Positions 18,860-26,617 are shown, counted from the stretch's first letter. The stretch is DNA of 32,000 bases from Dickeya dadantii NCPPB 898 (GCF_000406145.1 NZ_CM001976.1:2353543-2385542); one strand, 5' to 3'. Translations and numbers: made by a program. The notes: a model not told the origin generated them from the sequence alone.

Positions 18860-18887
18860 GGTTCGCATAATGTATATTATGTTAAAT
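18860..18887 (+). other. dif: dif, XerC/XerD chromosome dimer resolution site
   Basis: GGTTCGCATAA-TGTATA-TTATGTTAAAT versus E. coli dif GGTGCGCATAA-TGTATA-TTATGTTAAAT, 27/28 identical. The single mismatch is in the XerC arm. Confidence 0.92.
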
Positions 18888-19034
18888 TGCTAACTGACAG
18901 CATACGGCTGAACCTCTTAAAAGCCATTAGCCCACTATTTTGACGACTGTCATCACCCCTTCCAGCAGGATCTCTCTTTCTGGATTGCGATGTGGAATTC
19001 CGCTCCAGTATTTCTGTGCGGCCGCGCGTAGTTC

Positions 19035-19508
19035 CTATAATGAACTTGATTCAGTGCTCAGGTGTCGGCCATCAGCCTCGCAGAGATTACCATCCACTTT
19101 CACTTCCACAATGCGTGAAGGCCCTGGTTTATTCAGGCGTTTATACCAGTAGTATGCGTCTTCGAGATTGTCAGTTAACCATATACAGCGTGTTCGGGAT
19201 GGGTGGTCAGCGAACTGTTCTCGCCGCACGTTCTCAAACTCCATCTCTCTGAGTAGGCGAATATACGTATCAATAACGTTGTGAAAATTACTCGCCAGTT
19301 CTTCGCTTGAGAAACGTTTAACGTCATGACTACAGAGAAATTCTTTGAGCCTGCGATCTTGCCTGCATACTGGAATCACATGATGAATATCACATATTTG
19401 CTCATAGTAAGGATTGAAGGACAGGCTGTTGGTACTGATAGTTTGCCCTATTTCAAGGAGTTTCTTACCTGCAGATTGATAGCAAGTGTCGATGTGGAAA
19501 TATTGCAT
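19035..19508 (-). CDS. hypothetical protein (possibly DUF2441-like), terminated by an in-frame TAG with 35 further open codons
   Basis: 157-aa ORF. The frame stays open after TAG (19035-19037) for 35 codons down to TAA at 18927-18929 (ELRAAAQKYWSGIPHRNPEREILLEGVMTVVKIVG). The family assignment is from memory only. Confidence 0.55.
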   Translation of the reverse strand: MQYFHIDTCYQSAGKKLLEIGQTISTNSLSFNPYYEQICDIHHVIPVCRQDRRLKEFLCSHDVKRFSSEELASNFHNVIDTYIRLLREMEFENVRREQFADHPSRTRCIWLTDNLEDAYYWYKRLNKPGPSRIVEVKVDGNLCEADGRHLSTESSSL

Positions 19509-19581
19509 TCAAAATCTCATGTTGTTTGTATTCCGAGTACTACACTTCACCAGCCAGTATTACACGTCGGGATTCCTAAAA

Positions 19582-20586
19582 TCACACCACTCTTCTTAAG
19601 TAAGGGACCTTCTTTATCAAAAAAACCGAAGCGATGCAGCACAAGAAAACGATAATGGACAGCAGTGGTATTGAAATGATGGAATAGTCAACCCATCGCC
19701 TTGCAGCCAGATAGTAAAAAACCTCAATAAAAATAGGATGAATCAAATAAACACCCAGGCTAATATCAGATAAGAATTTTAATTTATCGTTGTGGGATTT
19801 ATTCAAGTGGGACAGTTTCAAAATCCACATAAAAGAAACAGACATGAGTATAACATTGAAACTTAAATAGTTATAAAAATAGAGGCCAACTTCTTTTCCT
19901 GAAAAAGACGATAATAAATAGCAACCTGCAGAAGTCAAAATCAGTGAAATTAAAAACAAAGCAATATAAATAGAAATGGGTTTGGCTGTGCGTTTTCTGG
20001 CGATCAAGTGGCCAAGAATGTAATACGGAATATAATAAATGAACTCACCGATAAACAAGAAATCATCATTTCCGGTAAAAAAATTGTACATATCACTTAA
20101 GGAGCAACACACAAACATCAGGAAAATAAAAAACAATAGCCTCTCTTCGCTTGTGTTGGTCACTAAAGTTTTAACAAGTGGAGTGAATACATACAGTCCT
20201 ATTATCATATACAAAAACCACATGTGATAATAAGGCCTTCCATTCATAATATTTTTTAGTATATCCCCTTCCCCTCCGCCATTGAATTTAGCCTTCCCTA
20301 TACTCCATAAAATAAAGAAAAAAGACCAAAACAACAACGGAACCAGTATCTTTCCTATCCTTTTCTTGTAAAAACCGGATAGGTTGTCGACTTTTTCAGG
20401 GGAAAGTAATAGCGCCCCGCTAATCATAATGAAAACCGGAACACACCAGCGAACTAATGAGTCATATAAATTCCCAACCCACCAGGGAAAAGTCCCAAGA
20501 TCGGCCAGAGCCACGGTATAAGCAGAGAGATGCAAAACAATAACAGCGAAAGTTGACACGATTCTAGCTATATAGAGCCATTCCAT
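19582..20586 (-). CDS. acyltransferase family 3 (OafA/Oac/WecH-like) membrane O-acyltransferase
   Basis: 334 aa, polytopic. TM1 carries an R-X10-H motif (R8...H19 in IARIVSTFAVIVLH) and there is a VPVFIMISGALL motif, both typical of AT3 carbohydrate O-acetyltransferases. This is the most AT-rich gene in the window. Confidence 0.85.
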   Translation of the reverse strand: MEWLYIARIVSTFAVIVLHLSAYTVALADLGTFPWWVGNLYDSLVRWCVPVFIMISGALLLSPEKVDNLSGFYKKRIGKILVPLLFWSFFFILWSIGKAKFNGGGEGDILKNIMNGRPYYHMWFLYMIIGLYVFTPLVKTLVTNTSEERLLFFIFLMFVCCSLSDMYNFFTGNDDFLFIGEFIYYIPYYILGHLIARKRTAKPISIYIALFLISLILTSAGCYLLSSFSGKEVGLYFYNYLSFNVILMSVSFMWILKLSHLNKSHNDKLKFLSDISLGVYLIHPIFIEVFYYLAARRWVDYSIISIPLLSIIVFLCCIASVFLIKKVPYLRRVV

Positions 20587-20629
20587 TCTATTATGTTCTC
20601 TTTGTTATATTTCTTATAAAATAATCAAC

Positions 20630-20646
20630 AGTATATTATGTTTTAT
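20630..20646 (+). repeat. dif-like half site (central region plus XerD-arm homolog)
   Basis: AGTATA-TTATGTTTTAT versus dif TGTATA-TTATGTTAAAT, 14/17. The exact 12-mer GTATATTATGTT is shared (18872-18883 and 20631-20642). The XerC-arm position (20619-20629, AAATAATCAAC) is not conserved. Confidence 0.45.
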
Positions 20647-20915
20647 AGATAATAATTAGAATCTATCCCAACTAATAAACGGTCATTGGCGTAGCCGGCT
20701 TATACCTAAATAGCACATTTTAACGGACAAGGGGATTGTCCGGAACAATGGACGAACGTAAGGAGTAACCCGGAATATGTAAAGATATCGAGGATTACCC
20801 AGGTTAAAGAGTGACAATTAAAATAATCCTAACGGGATAATAGCTTAATCATATCACAGTAAAAATAGCATTCCACGCATAAAACACGCTATGACATTAT
20901 AAAAGAAATTTTGCC

Positions 20916-21713
20916 CTAATGGTTTGTGAGCAAGGCGTCATCGATTTCTGGTTGACTACAGCTCAACACTGCCTGACGCAGCCAGTGATGGGTCGCGTCA
21001 TTTTCACTGCGGACATGCCATCCTTGCTGATAGGCAAAACGGGAAAGCTTCAGCGGCGGAGTAAACTGGTGCAAGGCGTTGTGCCGCTGTATGTGCTCCA
21101 CCGTCCGGCTGGCAACGGTGAGAATCAGATCGGTGCCGACCAAGAGTTCGGCCGCCGCTCCCCAATGGGGCAACACGACGGCGATTCGCCGTTCCAGGCC
21201 GATTAACGCCAATGCTCTTTCAATTTCATCATTGGAGTCCGGGCGCAGGGCCACCAATATGTGCGGGCGCCGTAACCACTCTTCCAGCGATAACCCACCA
21301 TCGACAGGCAGTGTTGACTTGTCCGCCACACTGATATAACCGTCGGAGAACAGCGTTTGCACCCGAATGTGATCCGGCGCATCCGGGAACAATCCCAACG
21401 CTAAATCCAGCTCCCCATCCGTCAACTGCACCAACATCGCATCACGGTTAACCTGGCTGACGGCCAGATCCAGACCCGGTGCGAACTCGCGAACATGTCG
21501 CGCCAGCCGGGGTAACACAATGCGCGTCGCGTAGTCCGACATCGCAATCCGGAAACGACCGCGGGCCTGAGACGGATCAAACGCCATCGAGCCACCCAAC
21601 AGGCCGTTCAGGCTAGTCAGGGCGTCATGTAACGGCTGCATCAATGCCTTGGCGCGAGCCGTCAGCACCATTTTGCCGCCGCGTCGTACCAGTAACGGAT
21701 CCTCGAACCTGCG
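20916..21713 (-). pseudogene. LysR-family regulator lacking its N-terminal HTH domain (5' truncated)
   Basis: The ORF encodes only the linker plus effector-binding domain (..RRFEDPLLVRRGGKMVLTARAKAL...). Upstream in frame there are only about 8 unrelated codons, then TAA at 21744-21746. About 55-60 N-terminal residues, including the wHTH, are missing. Confidence 0.75.
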
Positions 21714-22419
21714 GGTATTGCATTGCTTCTCATCGTTCGGCGCTTACCTTCTGGCAAGTGGTGGTGGCGTTCTGCCGTGCTTGGTTCCCTGAGTATGGGG
21801 CTGTTCTTCCTTCTACTTTATATCGCTGCCCAGCGATTACCTTCGAGCATTGCCGCCTCCATCGGCGCGCTCAGCCCACTGGTGTTTGCAGGTGTTGCCT
21901 GGTTACTAATGGGCGAGCGTGTCAACGCCCGATTTCTGGGCGGCGCGGCCCTTGGAATTATCGGTATCTTATTGATTGTGGGGGCTAAGGGGGGAGGCAA
22001 TCGATGCTGTAGGGGTAGCTGCTTCATTTGGGGCGATTATTCTAATGGCGATTGGTGCCGTACTAGGCAAACGATGGGGTGACGGTACGCCAGTCCTTGC
22101 AACAACGGCATGGCAGCTCATGGCCGGTGGTGTAGAACTACTCATTGTCGCCATTCTGGCAGAAGGTGCCCCGCCTGCAGTTAGTAGCAGCGAGCTCATC
22201 GCCTTCACCTATATCAGTTTGATTTCAACTGCTTTCAGCTATGCTTGCTTGTTCGCCGGGTTTCGGTATTTGGGGGCCGGCACGGTTGGACTTGTCGGAC
22301 TATTAAGCCCAGTTACCGGTGTGCTGATGGGGGTTACTCTTGCCTCGGAATCGCTGACGATGACTCAAAGTTTGGGTATCGGCTTGGTACTTTTTAGCAT
22401 CGTATTAGCGCAAAGTTAG
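21696..22419 (+). pseudogene. DMT/EamA (PecM-like) transporter, 5' truncated and frameshifted
   Basis: Two overlapping track ORFs (21723-22082 and 21976-22419) are consecutive parts of one EamA protein (..PAGIALLLIVRRLPSGKWWW...LLIVGAKGG / GEAIDAVGVAASFGAIILMAIG...). The frame changes within the G-runs at 21980-21994. The first roughly 60 residues (TM1-2) are absent. Confidence 0.75.
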
Positions 22420-22425
22420 GGTAAT

Positions 22426-22457
22426 GCCAGTCAGTTAAACCGCTGACTGGCTTTTTT
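22426..22457 (+). terminator. rho-independent terminator (retained behind the DMT pseudogene)
   Basis: GCCAGTCAG-ttaaaccg-CTGACTGGC, a 9-bp perfect stem, followed by TTTTTT. Confidence 0.8.
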
Positions 22458-22745
22458 ATGCGTCAGCTGATTTTCATGTGCAGGCAGTGAGCCTGGCGTA
22501 AACGATATTCGTATTTATCGTCTATTTTTCAGCATTTGTTATTTTCAAGTTATAACAAAAAGTTAGCCGATGAGTTCCTTTCGCAAGAGATAGACATTCG
22601 TTGATAACTATATGAGTATACCCGCCCATAACTGGACGGCGTTTTGAACACCGGCAAGAAAGCGATAAATAATGGCCTCTTCCTGACCTCATGAATGCTG
22701 CATCAATAAATATTTTAATAATTTTGAATTTTCAGGAGACTGGTG

Positions 22746-23708
22746 ATGAACAACTCACACATTAACCTCCCCGCTGGTTACTTTGGCATCGTCCTTGGCA
22801 TCATTGGATTGGGATTTTCCTGGCGGTTCGCGGCGACTATCTGGCCCGTCACAACCATACCCGCTAATACCCTCATCTTTCTGGCAATAATCATATGGGC
22901 GCTCTTGATGTTGGCGTTGATTATAAGAATGCTCCGGCATGCCGACAGCCTTCTTCAGGAGATAAGACACCCGCTCAAAAGCAGTTTTGTGAGCCTGGCG
23001 CCGGCGACGTCGATGCTTGTCGCGATAGGGATTGCGCCATGGAATCACCCGATAGCTCTCGGCCTTTTCCTGATTGCTGTCGCTATCCAACTCACCTACT
23101 CAGCCTGGCAAACAGCAGGATTATGGAAAGGGAAACATCCCAGAGAAGCCACTACGCCGGGGCTGTATCTTCCAACCGTCGCGAATAATTTTATCAGTGC
23201 GATGGCATGTGGGGCGCTGGGGTTCCAGGATGTCGGGATCCTGTTTCTTGGGGCCGGGATTTTTTCCTGGCTTAGCCTTGAACCCGCAATTCTGAGTCGG
23301 TTACGAAATCTTGATGAAATGTCCCCAGCCGTACGGACGTCGCTCGGCATTCAGATGGCTCCGGCTTTTGTGGCCTGCAGCGCCTGGTTAAGCGTGAATG
23401 GCGGCCAGGCGGATGTTTTTGCTAAATTATTGTTCGGTTATGGCCTGTTACAGATGCTGTTTATGATAAGGCTGATTCCCTGGTACTGTTGTCAGCCATT
23501 TAACCCCTCATTCTGGAGTTTCTCATTTGGTGTCGCGTCATTGGCGACAACGTCCATCCGACTGGGGAATGCTGTACCGGGCGGAGCATTATACTGGATA
23601 TCATTCCCGTTATTTATTGCCTCTAATCTGGTTATCGTACTCCTTATGATAAAAACAGCGTCTCTTTTATTCAGCGGGAAATTAATCATCAGGGAAAACA
23701 GTAATTGA
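22746..23708 (+). CDS. tehA: TehA/SLAC1-family anion channel (tellurite-resistance protein TehA)
   Basis: ATG 22746 is preferred, 7 nt after [52 protein letters not shown] and [13 protein letters not shown] are colinear with E. coli TehA. Confidence 0.93.
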   Translation: MNNSHINLPAGYFGIVLGIIGLGFSWRFAATIWPVTTIPANTLIFLAIIIWALLMLALIIRMLRHADSLLQEIRHPLKSSFVSLAPATSMLVAIGIAPWNHPIALGLFLIAVAIQLTYSAWQTAGLWKGKHPREATTPGLYLPTVANNFISAMACGALGFQDVGILFLGAGIFSWLSLEPAILSRLRNLDEMSPAVRTSLGIQMAPAFVACSAWLSVNGGQADVFAKLLFGYGLLQMLFMIRLIPWYCCQPFNPSFWSFSFGVASLATTSIRLGNAVPGGALYWISFPLFIASNLVIVLLMIKTASLLFSGKLIIRENSN

Positions 23709-23764
23709 CCCCCTATTTTCCCCGCGCTTAAAAATCACAATGGCCTGATGCGATAATACGGTAT

Positions 23765-23799
23765 GAAAAAGAGTCTTCCGCTATCCGGGTGGAAGGCTC
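23765..23799 (-). terminator. rho-independent terminator of the ClbS-like gene (possibly bidirectional with tehA)
   Basis: Minus strand reads GAGCCTTCC-acccggatagc-GGAAGACTC (one G-U pair) followed by TTTTT. Confidence 0.6.
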
Positions 23800-23851
23800 C
23801 TGATCTGATGTTTAACTGCCATAATGGAACATCACCGTCAATTTGAGATGT

Positions 23852-24370
23852 TCACTTTAAACGCAGGTGATTGTTCTTTGCCCACTGCCTTAATCTCCCA
23901 TTAGCATTGGCATAGGGTGATGACGTGTTCAATGAGATCATACGTCCCATTGTCCATTTGCCATACCATGGCTTGCCATACAGATCTTCATCAGTGCGCT
24001 CGTCAATCAGCCTCACTATTTCGTCTTTTACCGACTGAAGGTTATTGATTAACGTCTGGTAATTTAATCCTTTGTAATCAAAGTAAAATTTCTGCGCCAG
24101 AAGCCCGAGCTGATTCCACTTGTAACCGGTTTCTGGGAAATCAACAGGTTGCCCTGTTGCGTCACCGCTAATCCATTTTACAACCAGAGTGTTCCATCCC
24201 AGCAAATACGAAACAAGCTCACAAACACTCATCTCCGTGCCTTTTGCATGGCCATCCAGCGATTTATCCGCAGTGAGCTCTGGCGGAATCGCATTGAGGT
24301 AACCGATTAATTTCGTGAAATTTTTATCAATAGCGAAAAGTAGTTCGGATTTTGTTTGTGGCACGCCCAT
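23852..24370 (-). CDS. ClbS/DfsB-family (DUF1706) four-helix-bundle protein
   Basis: Start moved to ATG 24370 (MGVPQTKSELLFAIDKNFTKL...), giving 172 aa. Size and the N-terminal PQTKxELL..I...F.KL pattern, plus LLGWN...W and KPWYGKWTMGRMI, fit the ClbS/DfsB family as remembered. Confidence 0.75.
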   Translation of the reverse strand: MGVPQTKSELLFAIDKNFTKLIGYLNAIPPELTADKSLDGHAKGTEMSVCELVSYLLGWNTLVVKWISGDATGQPVDFPETGYKWNQLGLLAQKFYFDYKGLNYQTLINNLQSVKDEIVRLIDERTDEDLYGKPWYGKWTMGRMISLNTSSPYANANGRLRQWAKNNHLRLK

Positions 24371-24768
24371 CAAGAACGCCCTCTCAGTTTTAAAAAAGAT
24401 GCCGGTGTGGTGTCTGGAAAACAATCAATTATGACCCACCTGCCACTACAGGGGAAGCACCATAAAAAACACCGGTTCGGATCGATAAAACGCAACGGTC
24501 AGGCTGGTGAGGAATAATTCTGGTCGTTGCCATAAAATTCCCATCAGTTCTCAATTGAATATATGGATATCATTGCGTTACATCACATTATTTCCCATTT
24601 ATTCCTCCCGGATTTATATTTAATCCACACAATGACGAATAATTTCTTTTTCTATGATGAATCGTTGTCTTTAATTTTTTTAGGATTTATCTTATTCACT
24701 GAAATATAAATATTACACAATGTTTAATGTGAAGCGGGATGTGCTTCTCATCTTACATCAAATAATAT

Positions 24769-25473
24769 ATGGACATGACTATGATGACATTCAAAAAGGC
24801 TTTATTAATATCTTCACTGTTATTACCTCTGGCCCATAGTGCCCAGGCTGCCTGGGAACTTGGCGATATCTGCTACGGCTATGCGACTGCCACGGGTTCA
24901 GGTTATTCCGGCGGCGCTTTATTATTGGACCCAATCCCTGCCAATATGGAGATAACCGCGTTAAACAGAGCGCAACTGGACTATAAAGGAGTTAAAGCGG
25001 CGCTCGCCGGCGCTTATCTCAAAGTTACCGGGCCTAAGGGAAGTACAACGGTGTATGTCACTGACTTATACCCTGAAGGCGGCGATTGTGCACTGGATCT
25101 ATCATTCAATGCGTTCGAGAAAATTGGTAATTTGCAGGATGGTAAAATTAATATCCAATGGGAATTAGTAAAGGCACCGATAAGCGGTAATGTGGTGTAC
25201 AGAGTTAAAGAAGGATCTAATCCTTATTGGGCTGCAGTACAATTCAGAAATGTCAAATATCCGATTATTGGGATGAAGTATCTGCGAGGCAATCAGTGGG
25301 TCAGTGCGCCAAAAACAGATTACAATCATTTTATTTTGGAGTTCGTTGGTAAAAATGATATTCCGATCGAATTTACCGATCTCAAAGGTAATATCTTAAG
25401 CGATACGCTCCCGCCGATGTCAGACAGCACGTCGTCCGCCTATTTGATCACCGGAAAAGTACAACTGCCTTAA
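24769..25473 (+). CDS. bacterial expansin (EXLX1/YoaJ family), secreted
   Basis: 234 aa with signal peptide ...PLAHSAQA|A. The mature part is colinear with B. subtilis EXLX1: GYATATGSGYSGGALLLDPIPANMEITALN, GVKAALAGAYLKVTGPKGSTTVYVTDLYPEG, ALDLSFNAFEKIGNLQDGKINIQWELVKAP, YRVKEGSNPYWAAVQFRNVKYP, DYNHF. The start is ambiguous among four ATGs at 24769-24784. Confidence 0.9.
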   Translation: MDMTMMTFKKALLISSLLLPLAHSAQAAWELGDICYGYATATGSGYSGGALLLDPIPANMEITALNRAQLDYKGVKAALAGAYLKVTGPKGSTTVYVTDLYPEGGDCALDLSFNAFEKIGNLQDGKINIQWELVKAPISGNVVYRVKEGSNPYWAAVQFRNVKYPIIGMKYLRGNQWVSAPKTDYNHFILEFVGKNDIPIEFTDLKGNILSDTLPPMSDSTSSAYLITGKVQLP

Positions 25474-25503
25474 TTTCTATGATGACAGGATACTGAGCAA
25501 ATA

Positions 25504-25534
25504 AGAGTTACCGGTGATACCGGTAGCTCTTTCC
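25504..25534 (+). terminator. candidate terminator of the expansin gene
   Basis: AGAGTTACCGGT-gat-ACCGGTAGCTCT (12-bp stem, one mismatch) followed by TTCCTCTCTCC, a weak U-tract. Confidence 0.4.
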
Positions 25535-25697
25535 TCTCTCCTCTGGCCCTCTTCGCTTTTTCCACTAAACCGCCCACGTTTTGCCTGCAAACTGGTTTTA
25601 TCCACTCCGTGTTTTTCGTCAACGCGGGCGCTGCCTGCTGACACACCTCGCCTGCCCCCAGATAGCCAACGCCATGCTGAGTGCCCGCAACATTCCC

Positions 25698-25745
25698 TTG
25701 ACAGGCCTTAAATGTCAATGCAAAACTATACCGTACGGTTTAGTT
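25698..25745 (+). promoter_or_regulatory. candidate sigma70 promoter overlapped by a 22-bp near-palindromic operator (site A)
   Basis: TTGACA (25698-25703), an 18-nt spacer ending in TGc, then AAAACT (25722-27). The motif AACTATACCGTACGGTTTAGTT (25724-25745) has a perfect ACCGTACGGT palindrome core and AACTA/TAGTT outer arms. Confidence 0.45.
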
Positions 25746-25881
25746 AATGTGTTGGCGTTAGCTCACCCGGTAAGTGGGGTTAATCAGAAGGCTAACGCCG
25801 TATAGAGAAGGTTTCCGCCTTCACCAGGGAAGTCAGTGTTACGTCACTCAACAATAAGTTCTTTATCACAGGATACGTCAA

Positions 25882-26547
25882 ATGAAAGCATTCGCACGGG
25901 CCGCCCAGCCAGCCATCGTGACCCTCGCCATCTTTTTGGCCGGTTGTTCTGGTAGCCAGCAACCCTTACGCTACACCGGTATTGGTTCATCAGCCCAGTT
26001 GACCCCTAACAGCGGTGATGCATCCGACCGAATCCCCTTCAAGTACGCCGCGCCGGTTGACTGGAAAAAGTACAACAGCATTATCATTGAGCCTGTCGTG
26101 GTGTATTCAGGCAGCGACAATCAGTTTGGCGACCTGTCCGTGTCTGACAGGCAACAACTTGCCGCCTATATGCAAACAAAGTTCGAAGAGGCGCTGCGCC
26201 CACGCTTCAGGCAGGCGACAGCATCTGCGCCGGATGCTTTACGTCTGAAACTGACGCTTACCGGTGCCGAAACCACGACGCAAGTGGTAGGGACATTCAC
26301 CAAGTTCGACCTTGCCGGCGGCCCTTACAACATCGTGCAATCTATTCGTGGCAAAGAGGGCATGTTCAGCGGTTCGGTGAGTTATGCTGTCGAGATCTAC
26401 GACTCTACTTCCAATCGCTTGCTTCATGCCTATGTCGCTAAGCAATACCCGAACGCCATGAACGTTTCTGCCACCATTGGCTCATTGAGCGCGGCAGAAG
26501 TCGGGATCGATAAAGGTGCAGACGAGCTGGCCGGCATACTGAAATAA
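25882..26547 (+). CDS. lipoprotein, DUF3313-like
   Basis: 221 aa with lipobox FLAGC at residues 18-22 and AGGA 8 nt upstream of the ATG. The family name is from memory of similar roughly 220-aa lipoproteins and is not verifiable here. Confidence 0.65.
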   Translation: MKAFARAAQPAIVTLAIFLAGCSGSQQPLRYTGIGSSAQLTPNSGDASDRIPFKYAAPVDWKKYNSIIIEPVVVYSGSDNQFGDLSVSDRQQLAAYMQTKFEEALRPRFRQATASAPDALRLKLTLTGAETTTQVVGTFTKFDLAGGPYNIVQSIRGKEGMFSGSVSYAVEIYDSTSNRLLHAYVAKQYPNAMNVSATIGSLSAAEVGIDKGADELAGILK

Positions 26548-26617
26548 GCGATCCCCGTTGACCGGCCGAGTCGCCTGTAAGGCGTCACCGCGGGCATACC
26601 GGTAAATGTTAAAAACA

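Larger units (their letters stand above)
18860..20646. mobile_element. candidate Xer-dependent integrated islet (IMEX / dif-module-like), about 1.75 kb of cargo
   Basis: dif on the left and a dif-like half site on the right, in direct orientation, bracket exactly the AT-rich two-gene segment. No integrase or transposase is present. Confidence 0.4.
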
